The translations under genes were made by a program, and so were the position numbers. This document shows, one piece after another, positions 41,672 through 51,156 of a DNA stretch of 64,000 bases; the first letter of the stretch is position 1; each line of letters starts with the position of its first letter. The stretch comes from Promethearchaeota archaeon. Its GTDB lineage: Archaea > Asgardarchaeota > Lokiarchaeia > Sigyniarchaeales > SOKP01. The notes beneath the pieces are model-generated. The model had not been told where the DNA came from. It did not search any database and was given only the letters and a program-made list of their open reading frames with translations. The stretch spans positions 256,001 through 320,000 of the forward strand of contig JBHLNF010000003.1 of the NCBI GenBank assembly GCA_048937405.1, in the 5' to 3' direction.

Positions 41672-43078
41672 GTGAATTTAATGGAATGGAAAAATGAAAT
41701 TGAAGATTTGTACAAACAAATAACGAATTTAACTCCTGAAGCGTTTCGCCCATCTGTTAAACCTATGTTACGTGAGGCTGCTGAAAAAACAGCGCAACTT
41801 AGGAATTCTGGATTTGTAAGTAGGGACGATTTGCTATCTGCATTATTTGAGATAACACCAGAAGCATTTCAACCTACAGTTGTCAAAGATTTGAAGACAA
41901 TAGGAATTGATACGGATAGATATATAAAATTATCAGAAATTAGAAAACAATACGCTCGCTCATGGGATGAAATTAGTGGAGCTTTCTTACCTGGTGTCTA
42001 TCATTTTACTATATATCTAACGGATCGATGCAATCAAAATTGTCTCCATTGTGCTGCCGCGGTAATGGAGAAACGTCCAGAATTTCCCACTGAAACTTGG
42101 ATTGAAATTATTGAGGATCTTGAACAAAGTTTACGAAAACGCGGTCGACGAGGATGTTATATATGGTTTGGAGGAGAACCTACTATTCGTAAAGATCTTA
42201 AAGATTTAATAAAATATTGTGGTGAAAAGGGCTATTATCAAGCACTTGCAACTAACGGAATTTTGTTTACCGAAGCACTGGCTAAATTATGCGCAGATGT
42301 TAAGATGAGCCATATTTTTATTAGTTATGATAGTACGGATCCCAAACGCGCTGCAAAAATTAGAGGGCATCCAAAAGCATACGAAGCAGCGGAAAAAGCG
42401 TTAGATTTAGCTGCAAAATATGGGATTTTTACCATTGCTAATGTAACTGCTCAAAAAGAGAATTTCGATGAATTAGATATGTTAAGGGAATATTTTAAAT
42501 CTAGAGGTGTAACGCCCTTTTATAGACCCCTGATCAAACAACGTTCGGCGGATTTAAATTGGGACGAAATCGGCTTAAGTATTGACGAATATCGACAATT
42601 CTATGATTTTAAATATAAAAATACAATAGAGGCTATCAGAAAAGGAGAAGGATCATCGCTCAATAAATTCTATACATGGGATATGGTGCCATTCATGGAG
42701 TGTCCTATAAATGATGAGGAAAGGACTGCGATCGAATGGGGCACAGGATGTCAAGCCTGTCGCTCAATTTCCGGGATTGATACTAATGGAGATATATTCC
42801 CTTGTGATTATCCCTCTGATTTAATCTTAGGCAATATTCTTGAGCAGAGTTGGGATAACATTATGGAAACTGAAATGTTCAAAAAAATTAGAGATCGAAA
42901 AATAAAAGGGAAGTGTTCAAATTGTCACCACCTTGATATGTGTGGTGGAGGTTGCCGGGTGCATGCAGAGAATGTAACGGGTGATTTTTTAGCTGCACTT
43001 CCTTTCTGTTGGCATGAAAATGATCATGAACATGAAGTTAATTTTGCAGATAAAGAAGAAGTAGAATTGCTAGAATGA
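41672..43078 (+). CDS. Radical SAM/SPASM enzyme with N-terminal PCP_red/DUF2621-like helical domain
   Basis: CNQNCLHC, GGEP, ATNG; SPASM cysteines GCQAC, PC, CSNC..CGGGC, FC. Likely start ATG 41681 after GAGGTGA. Confidence 0.9.
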   Translation: MNLMEWKNEIEDLYKQITNLTPEAFRPSVKPMLREAAEKTAQLRNSGFVSRDDLLSALFEITPEAFQPTVVKDLKTIGIDTDRYIKLSEIRKQYARSWDEISGAFLPGVYHFTIYLTDRCNQNCLHCAAAVMEKRPEFPTETWIEIIEDLEQSLRKRGRRGCYIWFGGEPTIRKDLKDLIKYCGEKGYYQALATNGILFTEALAKLCADVKMSHIFISYDSTDPKRAAKIRGHPKAYEAAEKALDLAAKYGIFTIANVTAQKENFDELDMLREYFKSRGVTPFYRPLIKQRSADLNWDEIGLSIDEYRQFYDFKYKNTIEAIRKGEGSSLNKFYTWDMVPFMECPINDEERTAIEWGTGCQACRSISGIDTNGDIFPCDYPSDLILGNILEQSWDNIMETEMFKKIRDRKIKGKCSNCHHLDMCGGGCRVHAENVTGDFLAALPFCWHENDHEHEVNFADKEEVELLE

Positions 43079-43155
43079 TTATTTAGAATTTAATATTCTT
43101 TAATAAAGTAATTTGAAAGAGATAAAAAACAAAAATAAAGGAGGTGATAATTTAA

Positions 43156-43545
43156 TTGAACACAAAAGAAGAATGGGAAGCATATCTCGAGCATTTCATG
43201 AAAGCCTACAATGAGATTCCAGATCTAGCGAAATTGTTAGACCCAATTGCACCATTAATCTTTCAATATGAAATAACTGATAAACCTGAGATGAGTTATT
43301 GGCAGTTTATTGATCATGATAAGATGGATTGGGGAATAGGTATTTATTCCGGTCCTGAAGCCCCAAAAATCATCCATAAAACAGATTTCAACACAATTAA
43401 GAAGGTAAATTCTGGAGAATCTGATCCAATTCAAGCGACTATGGCGGGTACTTATATTGTGGAAGGTGACGTGAGTAAGTTGATGGCATGTGCATCATTA
43501 TTGCCACTTAATGCAAAAGCTCATGAAAAAGCAAATCAACAATAA
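43156..43545 (+). CDS. SCP2 (sterol carrier protein 2) lipid-binding domain protein
   Basis: DPIQATMAGTYIVEGDVSKLM matches the SCP2 C-terminal signature; strong SD GGAGGTGA at 43140-43147. Confidence 0.8.
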   Translation: MNTKEEWEAYLEHFMKAYNEIPDLAKLLDPIAPLIFQYEITDKPEMSYWQFIDHDKMDWGIGIYSGPEAPKIIHKTDFNTIKKVNSGESDPIQATMAGTYIVEGDVSKLMACASLLPLNAKAHEKANQQ

Positions 43546-43668
43546 AGAAAAGAGTATATATTAAAATCTAATAAGAAATTTTTAATTTCATTTTAAAAAT
43601 CTATAAACCAAGAAAAAATAGTCAATAGGAAAAAAGAGAAAAATAATTAATAAACTAAATATCTTAAG

Positions 43669-45081
43669 GTGAGAATGATTCAATTTTATGTTGCGACAAA
43701 TTGGGATCCTAATCTAATCGATGAATTAGCTAACTATCCTGTAGTTGATTTATATGGAGTTGCAGATCATACAATTGTTGGAGGAGGTCGACCCTCGTTT
43801 TTGTTACGAAATATATCTGATGAAGATATAGCAGAATACATAAAAAAAGTACATGATAATAAATTGAAATTTTCATATCTATTAAATGCCCCATGTATGA
43901 ATAATATGGAGTATGATCCACGCTATCATAAAGAGTTGCTTAATTATCTTCAATGGATTACTGATATTGGAGTTGATGGCGTTATAGTAACTATTCCTTT
44001 TTTAATACAACTTATAAAAGAACAATTTCCTAAGTTAAAAATACGAGTCTCCACTATTTCGCATGTTAATAGTGTGAATAGAGCGAAATTTTATGAAATG
44101 TTAGGAGCTGATGAAATCACTCCAGACGTCATGATTAATCGAGATTTTAGGACTTTAAAAAATATTAAGAAAGCAGTTAAATGTAAAATTGTCCTTCTAT
44201 TAACTGATGGTTGTTTATATCAATGTCCTTTCAGATATTATCATTATAATATCTTAGGCCATTCTTCTCAAACATATCAACAATTCGACAGAAATTACAT
44301 CGATACTTGTATATTAAATTGTAGTGTTATTAAATTTTCAAATCCTGCGGAGATTCTCAAATGTAGGTGGGTTCGTCCAGAAGATTTATCCCATTATGAA
44401 GAAATTGGAATCACAGATTTTAAAATAGCTGGACGTCGGATGTCAACCGATTGGATTATTAGATCTGTGAAAGCTTTTTCTTCAAGAAAATATGAAGGAA
44501 ACCTCATTGACATTATTCAAGGATTTACTATGTCAATTGGAGTAGATAAAGATCCAAATATTAAATTCACAAAAACAGTCACTGAAGAGATTAAATCCAA
44601 ATTAATAATTGATAATACGAAACTTGATGGATTTATAAATTTTTTTAAAAAGCAAGATTGTATCTCAATGTGCAATGAGTGTAATTACTGTGATGAATGG
44701 GCAAAGAAAGCGGTTATATTAAATAGAGAGGAATCTACGAGATATGTTGAGTCTATAAAAGATTATCTTGAGGACATATTAACTAGCCGTGAGTTTGGAA
44801 TCGAAACGGCTAAACCAAAAGAGATAAAGAACGATGGTTTATTATGGGATAGTGAAACTAAGATTATTTTTGATGAATTAATAAAATTATCACCACAGCA
44901 GTTTCATCAAATTGCTAAGATGGTAATTTCTTCTCTAGCAGAAGAAAAAGCCAAAAAAAGGTTTTCAGAAGTTGTAGAAAACAAAGATATTGTTGAAGCA
45001 TTTATAGAAGGAACACCTGAACCATTTCAAGCAGATATGAGAGAAGGTCTCAAAAAGCATGGACTTTTGGAAGGAAAATAA
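43669..45081 (+). CDS. Peptidase U32-family Fe-S protein (putative O2-independent hydroxylase) with C-terminal PCP_red/DUF2621-like domain
   Basis: GVDGVIV, RVST, CLYQC-x27-CILNC, WVRPEDL, FKIAGR, extra CISMCNECNYC. Likely start ATG 43675. Confidence 0.85.
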   Translation: MRMIQFYVATNWDPNLIDELANYPVVDLYGVADHTIVGGGRPSFLLRNISDEDIAEYIKKVHDNKLKFSYLLNAPCMNNMEYDPRYHKELLNYLQWITDIGVDGVIVTIPFLIQLIKEQFPKLKIRVSTISHVNSVNRAKFYEMLGADEITPDVMINRDFRTLKNIKKAVKCKIVLLLTDGCLYQCPFRYYHYNILGHSSQTYQQFDRNYIDTCILNCSVIKFSNPAEILKCRWVRPEDLSHYEEIGITDFKIAGRRMSTDWIIRSVKAFSSRKYEGNLIDIIQGFTMSIGVDKDPNIKFTKTVTEEIKSKLIIDNTKLDGFINFFKKQDCISMCNECNYCDEWAKKAVILNREESTRYVESIKDYLEDILTSREFGIETAKPKEIKNDGLLWDSETKIIFDELIKLSPQQFHQIAKMVISSLAEEKAKKRFSEVVENKDIVEAFIEGTPEPFQADMREGLKKHGLLEGK

Positions 45082-45150
45082 ATTTTTTAGAGAAATATAA
45101 AAATGAAGAAGACTATCTCTCAGGTTGTAATCTGACTTGAAATAAATCTT

Positions 45151-46587
45151 CTATTTTTTTTTATTTGATTTTTTAGATCTTTGTTTCAGGGAGTGTTCTA
45201 TCTTCTGAAAGATTGCTTTAACCATAATTATATTCACTACTCTTGGAATATGAAATCTTAAACCTCGATTTAGAACGACAGTTTTAATTCTAGGCCAAAG
45301 TTTTTTAGAATTTGAAACTTCAAAAAAAGCTCTATTCAAGAAATCTTTCAAATCTTTTATTGATAAATAGGGATATTTAATAATTGGCACTGACCAGTTA
45401 AATTCACGCCAATCATTGCTTAATAAAAGATTGTCCTCTAAAACTTTTTCCATCAATTTTGTTCCCGGAAATGGAGTTAATACTGAAAAGGTTGTTAAAT
45501 CGATTTCTAATTTCTTAGCAATTTCGATTGTAGATTCTAAATCATCTTTTTTATCCTCAAAATTGGATCCAAGAATAATGTTTCCTTGAATAAAATAGCC
45601 ATAATCATGAAGAATTTTTAAAGCTAATTTGATTTGTTTGAATTTAGTTTGTTTGTTAAGAAAATCCAATGTTCGATCAGAAAAACTCTCGATTCCTAAA
45701 AATAGGAAAATAAAACCAGCATCAGCCATCTTTTTAATAATTTTCGGGTGCTTTACAATCATATCAACTCGAATTTGAGTTGAAAAATATTTTCTAATAC
45801 CTTCCTGAATAATGGCATTACACAGTTCTTCTACAAATTTATGATCTACCAAAAAATTATCATCAATGATAAAAATAAATGGACTCTGATTTTTAACCTC
45901 ATTTGAATTTAATTCTTTTATAATACTTGGTATTGAACGAGTCCGGTATCTCTTTCGATAAAATTCGTGAATACAACAAAAATTACATGAATATGGACAA
46001 CCTCGACTAGTTTCAATGCAATCAATAGGAAAACCATAAAAAGTGTATTCCACTTTTGCTTCTTTTGAACGATAGTGTCGAGAAGGTAATTTAATATGTT
46101 TTAAATCTAATAATTCTCGGTCAGGGTTATGAATTATTTTTCCATTTTTTTTATATGATAATCCTGGGATACCAATGGGAGAATTATTTTGGATAAGCTC
46201 CCGAAAAGTTATTTCTCCCTCACATCTTATCAGGATATCAATAGATTGAAATTCAAGAGTTTCTTTAGGAACAAGCGTAGGGTGCCAACCACCTATAACT
46301 GTCTTTGATCCATAAGTTTTAGCAATATTAGCAATTTTAACTACATGATAGATTTGTGGAGTATAATTGCAACTAATCCCTACATAATCAGGTTTAAATT
46401 GATAAATTGTATTTTCAATGCTTTTTAAATCTATAGTTTTTAGCCTATTATCAATTATAAGGACATCAGCAATTTCTTCAATATTTGCAGCAATATATTC
46501 TAAACCCAATGGTGGAAGAATTACATTTTTTTGGGTACCATGCTTAAAAACGTCAGGATAATCTGGATTTATAAGTAGTACTCTCAG
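45151..46587 (-). CDS. Cobalamin-binding radical SAM enzyme; start extended to a CTG codon
   Basis: SRGCPYSCNFC, GGWHPT, IIDDNF, LGIES, LTPFPGT; frame stays open 26 codons upstream of 46509, giving (M)RVLLINP...PPLGLEY. Confidence 0.9.
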   Translation of the reverse strand: MRVLLINPDYPDVFKHGTQKNVILPPLGLEYIAANIEEIADVLIIDNRLKTIDLKSIENTIYQFKPDYVGISCNYTPQIYHVVKIANIAKTYGSKTVIGGWHPTLVPKETLEFQSIDILIRCEGEITFRELIQNNSPIGIPGLSYKKNGKIIHNPDRELLDLKHIKLPSRHYRSKEAKVEYTFYGFPIDCIETSRGCPYSCNFCCIHEFYRKRYRTRSIPSIIKELNSNEVKNQSPFIFIIDDNFLVDHKFVEELCNAIIQEGIRKYFSTQIRVDMIVKHPKIIKKMADAGFIFLFLGIESFSDRTLDFLNKQTKFKQIKLALKILHDYGYFIQGNIILGSNFEDKKDDLESTIEIAKKLEIDLTTFSVLTPFPGTKLMEKVLEDNLLLSNDWREFNWSVPIIKYPYLSIKDLKDFLNRAFFEVSNSKKLWPRIKTVVLNRGLRFHIPRVVNIIMVKAIFQKIEHSLKQRSKKSNKKK

Positions 46588-46788
46588 AGTATATCATCTA
46601 AATTGATATAACTTATTTTCTAATAAATTAGGCTGAAATTTATTTTTCCTATAATATGCAATTTCCTATATATTAGTAATTAAAAAATCTAACTCTATTT
46701 ATTTTTATTTATAATTTTGAAAATTATTAGTTTAATAATTAGAAAATGCAATATTTAATACTGAACGTACAAATTTTTAAATAGTAAG

Positions 46789-47529
46789 ATGACTGAAAAT
46801 AAACCTCTTCATGTAATTATTGATAACAGAGAGTTGAAATTGATGGCTCTATTAGATAATAAAAATGATATAATAACATATGAATCAAAACAATTAGATA
46901 TCGCGGATATTGTTATTTCGAACGAAGTTGCAATAGAGAGAAAAGAGGGATTTGATTTTGTGTCTTCTATAATGGATAATAGACTATTTGAACAATTATT
47001 ACGTTTAAAAGACACATATGAAAATCCTATCCTAATATTAGAAGGTTTAAATAATGAAGTTTTTGAAAATACAGGTATGAAAATATCATCAATCTATGGT
47101 GCTCTTTCTTTTATTTCATATAAAATAGGAATTTCTGTAATTCCAACCAGAAATTTAGAAGATACGGCAATAGCAATTGAAAGAATTGCTTATCGGGAGC
47201 AAGTAAAAGATAGTATGCCAATATTTTCAAGAAGAGCTCCAAAGCAAATGTCAAAAAAGGAGAGAAGATCATTTATTATTGAAGGGTTAGTTGATATTGG
47301 TGCTAAAAAAGCTAAGACTTTAATCGAGAAGTTTAAAACTCCATATAACGTCTTTAAAGCAATAAAAAATACTGAAATCTTATATACAAAAACGGGAAAC
47401 CCTAAGGGCATTAGAGGCCCACTTGAAGTTCTTACTGGATTTGGCTGGAAATTTGTTGAAAAAAACCAAAAACTTCTTTTTGGGAAAGAAAAAAAAAGTC
47501 CTCAAAAACGGATTAATGATAAATATTAA
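46789..47529 (+). CDS. xpf: XPF/ERCC4 structure-specific endonuclease (short form, no helicase)
   Basis: IIDNRE, ADI, IERK, RLFEQ, ILEG, followed by HhH motifs. Confidence 0.85.
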   Translation: MTENKPLHVIIDNRELKLMALLDNKNDIITYESKQLDIADIVISNEVAIERKEGFDFVSSIMDNRLFEQLLRLKDTYENPILILEGLNNEVFENTGMKISSIYGALSFISYKIGISVIPTRNLEDTAIAIERIAYREQVKDSMPIFSRRAPKQMSKKERRSFIIEGLVDIGAKKAKTLIEKFKTPYNVFKAIKNTEILYTKTGNPKGIRGPLEVLTGFGWKFVEKNQKLLFGKEKKSPQKRINDKY

Positions 47530-47612
47530 TGTCAAAGATAGGATTTATTTAATCCCACATGATATTATTTCATTATATTAGAAGGGATTGAAGTAGTATC
47601 TTACTGATACTT

Positions 47613-49370
47613 TTAAATATAAGTTTCTTTCACGTATTTTTGAACTCTCTTTATTTCATCTAAATGTGTTTCTGTTTTGCCAAAAATATAAAATCTAACA
47701 TCTGGTCCTGTTCCACTTGGTCTGAAATAAAGTGTGGAATCTTGACTTTTTAATTGATAAAGATCAATCATATGATTATTATCTGATAAAGCATGAACTT
47801 CATACTCTTTATCATAAATAGTAATCCTTTTTCCATCATTCACTTGAAAATTTTTCATAATTTTAACTTTATCTTCATCAATAGCGTGAGTAGTACGATT
47901 GATACCTTTAATGGTCCAATCAATTGTTTCCGAAATGATATGTCCCCTGCAGATCAATTCTGTAATTAAAACTAGTGCAGGGACTGGATATTTATCCGCT
48001 ATAAGAGTGAAATCTGATGTAAAGCTATACTTACCTGTAGTCATATTTTTATTGATATTTAACAAATTAAGTGTATGTCCTCCACTTTCTTCCCAATAAA
48101 CCATTATAAAGGTTTCATTCTCAATATTTTGATTTTCCATTAGTTTAATTATTTGTTGCTTTAAAGGTGCAGCATTATTTATTTTTACCAAATCTTTATT
48201 CTCATTTTCATAATATAGAATAGCTGTATCAATTTTTGATTGATCTACCTCAATTCCAAGAAGAAAATACATAATCACTCCTAAATGTTTATACCCTACA
48301 CCAGTTAAAATATTTATAAAACTTGTATGATCTCCTCTTAAATCGCTAGGAATTGTTCTCACATTTATAATCTTTTTCCCATATTCTCTTGCTAATATAT
48401 TATGCATAGCCGAATAGATTTCATTTGGAATGTATGTAAAATATTCTCCATTCTGCTTAATATATAAAACAATTCTGTCTCTATCAGCATCAAGTAAAAT
48501 AGCTATATTTGAATTAGTTTGAGTCATAATTTTTTGTAATTTTTCTTCCTGTAAATTTTTTAAAGGATTTGGAGGATTTACTTCTTCTTCTACGAGTATA
48601 ACTTTAGCACCATACTGTTTGAATAAATTAACAATGCCCCTCGCTTTTCCTAAATATGGCCATATAACTATATTTTTTTCTTTTATATTCTTAATTTCGA
48701 GAACTTTCGATAAGAGATTTATTACATAATCATTATTTTTCTTCTCAGCATCTGTAAGAATAGGTTTCGCAGATTTTAATCTAATTTCGTTGAATTGCAA
48801 AGCTTTTTTTGATAAATTTTTAAACAAATCTCCAGAAAGTGGTATTGGATAATCAAAATAAACTTTAATACCATTCCAAGATAAATCGTTATGACTAGCT
48901 GTTAATACAATAACTAAATTAATATCATCATATAAAGCAATTGATGCTGCACCATAAGGTGAAGAAAGTCTTGATTTACCTTTCTCATCTTGTTGATAAT
49001 AGACTTCATACCCATCATATGCAAAAATTTGGGAACTGTATTGTAATAGAATATCTTTAGTAGGTCGGTTATCACTAAATATCAAAATTTTTAAATTTTG
49101 ATTGTTTTTCATTTCTTTAAATTGTTGACTTATAGCTTTAAACACTCTTAGGAACAAAAAAAATTTTCTCCTAGTTAATATATATTTTTCTTTTGTTCCA
49201 TTTTCTATCTCATCAAGAATTTGAATACGTAAACCTGAAGTTGGTGCTACAATCGGATCAATAATAGATTTCTCTTCTTCAGATAATTCTGGTAATTTTA
49301 GAACTTTTATCTCATCAATTATCGATTCAAATTCAATGTCTTCCATTTTAAAGTTGATCAAATAAACCAT
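47613..49370 (-). CDS. Divergent alpha-D-phosphohexomutase (PGM/PMM family)
   Basis: TSGLR, LTASHN, DADRDR, GVGYK, EESGG, RPSGT. Confidence 0.85.
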   Translation of the reverse strand: MVYLINFKMEDIEFESIIDEIKVLKLPELSEEEKSIIDPIVAPTSGLRIQILDEIENGTKEKYILTRRKFFLFLRVFKAISQQFKEMKNNQNLKILIFSDNRPTKDILLQYSSQIFAYDGYEVYYQQDEKGKSRLSSPYGAASIALYDDINLVIVLTASHNDLSWNGIKVYFDYPIPLSGDLFKNLSKKALQFNEIRLKSAKPILTDAEKKNNDYVINLLSKVLEIKNIKEKNIVIWPYLGKARGIVNLFKQYGAKVILVEEEVNPPNPLKNLQEEKLQKIMTQTNSNIAILLDADRDRIVLYIKQNGEYFTYIPNEIYSAMHNILAREYGKKIINVRTIPSDLRGDHTSFINILTGVGYKHLGVIMYFLLGIEVDQSKIDTAILYYENENKDLVKINNAAPLKQQIIKLMENQNIENETFIMVYWEESGGHTLNLLNINKNMTTGKYSFTSDFTLIADKYPVPALVLITELICRGHIISETIDWTIKGINRTTHAIDEDKVKIMKNFQVNDGKRITIYDKEYEVHALSDNNHMIDLYQLKSQDSTLYFRPSGTGPDVRFYIFGKTETHLDEIKRVQKYVKETYI

Positions 49371-49411
49371 CCTAAATAGTTTTAATTCATATTATTATAT
49401 ATTTACTAAGT

Positions 49412-50281
49412 TTAAGAAATTTCTTTAATAGCTTCTTTCAAAATTGCTAAGATTTTTTCCCGATACATGGGTTCGATTGAAATCATTCCATGAGTTTTAA
49501 TTATACGCTTTTCACTCGATAATATTTTTTCGCAAAATTCTGGTGTTAACCTATTTGGTAAATCTTGTTTATTAGCGATACCAATTACAAATTTATCTTG
49601 ATAAAATTTATCTAAAATATCATGTATAATTTCTTTAGAACCATTAATATTTTCAAAGGTAGAATCAGTCACTAAAATACAAATATCAGATCCTTGTAAA
49701 AGGCTTTTCCATAAAGATCTAAATTGAGCTTGACCTGCAAAATCCCATAATGTTATGGATCTTTCAAACTCATCTCCATCATATGAAGCGATATCCGCTG
49801 TGATGGTTGGAACATATTCAAGATTTACATCCTTTCCACAAATCAATTTTGTCAAAGTAGTCTTTCCTACACCACCAAATCCAATAATTGATATTTTAAT
49901 TGCTCCTAAAATTATATTATCTAATTCATGTTCAAAATCACTGAAAATACTTCGATTCCCCGCCCAACTCCCATCCTCTAAAATTTTACCGAAATTCTCA
50001 ATGAATTTTGTTCTAATACTTAAGATTTTTGAATTAACAGTTGCATCATCATCTTCTAAATCGGTACATACTACAATTATAATTGTATCAATTATTGTAT
50101 AATAATACTTAAAATCCTCTGTAGCTGTACTTTTTATATCACTCTGACTAATTTCTTTCATAAAACCAGAAAACGCACTTAAAAATCCAGCTAATAAATC
50201 TCTATCTACCTCCGAATTACCATAATTTCTAAATAACAATGATTTGCCATCTCTCGTCAAAACGTTTATGTATTGAATCAT
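49412..50281 (-). CDS. Longin domain fused to small (Arf-like) GTPase
   Basis: N-term DLLAGFLSAFSGFMKEI; G1 GFGGVGKTT, G2 PTI, G3 WDFAGQ, G4 NKQD. Confidence 0.85.
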   Translation of the reverse strand: MIQYINVLTRDGKSLLFRNYGNSEVDRDLLAGFLSAFSGFMKEISQSDIKSTATEDFKYYYTIIDTIIIVVCTDLEDDDATVNSKILSIRTKFIENFGKILEDGSWAGNRSIFSDFEHELDNIILGAIKISIIGFGGVGKTTLTKLICGKDVNLEYVPTITADIASYDGDEFERSITLWDFAGQAQFRSLWKSLLQGSDICILVTDSTFENINGSKEIIHDILDKFYQDKFVIGIANKQDLPNRLTPEFCEKILSSEKRIIKTHGMISIEPMYREKILAILKEAIKEIS

Positions 50282-50482
50282 TATTTTGCGGATTTTTAAT
50301 TCATTTTTATTTAATTCATATTGCTTTTTTTACTTAGAACTTTTTTGTAAGAACCTAATATTATAAGAATTGTATATTATTATTAATTAAACAATAATTT
50401 TAAATGCAAAATAATTTTTGTAAAGTTTTTTTGATTTTAATCAGCCCTTTTCTTTGTATAAATACATTAAAAGGTAATATCA

Positions 50483-51094
50483 ATGGGAGAAAATAATAGT
50501 TCACAGAAAGAGAATATCCTGAAATCTATCAAAGAAGCAGATGCTAAGATAGACAAATTTTCTACAATTCTTGAAAAATTTGGATTTGATATAATAACGA
50601 AAATGGGACAAACAAATATGCAAGTTAATATATTAACTAATAAAATTGATGAGTTAAGTAAGGCAACTATTGATATTAAAGCTTTGACTCCTCAGCTGAC
50701 AAATGTCATTGAAAATCAAAAAATTCTTCAAGAAGAACTTGATTTAATTAGAACCTTAATTCAAAGGTCTAATATTTCTATTCAATCTAAGGTAGATAAT
50801 AGTGAAAAAATTGAACGAGATACATCTGCTACTGATAAAAAACAAGCAATAATTGATCAATTTAACACTCTGGAGACTTTAATCGCAAAAACTGATGATC
50901 CTCAACCAATTATTGAATGTTTGGCGGATATCAAAGAAGAAATTTTTGTATACACTGGAGGTCATAGAATTTTATATGAAATTGGTCAATTTACAAGCAA
51001 ATTAAATGGTTTAGAAACTCTTCCTGAGGATGTGAAAAACAATCTTAAAGAGAAAATCACGTTTTGGATCAATAAGTTATCTGTAAAAGGATAG
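50483..51094 (+). CDS. Hypothetical coiled-coil protein with C-terminal helical domain
   Basis: Heptad-like N-half; C-terminus aligns with that of the 730-aa protein at 10536..12728. Confidence 0.7.
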   Translation: MGENNSSQKENILKSIKEADAKIDKFSTILEKFGFDIITKMGQTNMQVNILTNKIDELSKATIDIKALTPQLTNVIENQKILQEELDLIRTLIQRSNISIQSKVDNSEKIERDTSATDKKQAIIDQFNTLETLIAKTDDPQPIIECLADIKEEIFVYTGGHRILYEIGQFTSKLNGLETLPEDVKNNLKEKITFWINKLSVKG

Positions 51095-51156
51095 ACTTAA
51101 AGAATAGTTGAGATATTTCTTCTTTTTTAATTAATTTCATATTTTAGTAGCTATTT

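Noticed and set aside
41672-43545. Horizontal-transfer signature from apparently higher GC and more CGN codons
   Set aside because: Only spot-checked by eye; conserved genes elsewhere in the window look similarly GC-enriched. Needs a codon-usage calculation.
41582-43668. RiPP cluster around the SPASM enzyme
   Set aside because: No precursor peptide ORF or PqqD/RRE-like domain seen; neighbours point to a lipid-like substrate.
43156-45081. Naming the genes ubiT/ubiU
   Set aside because: Only one U32, different Cys spacing, no other ubi genes; analogy only.
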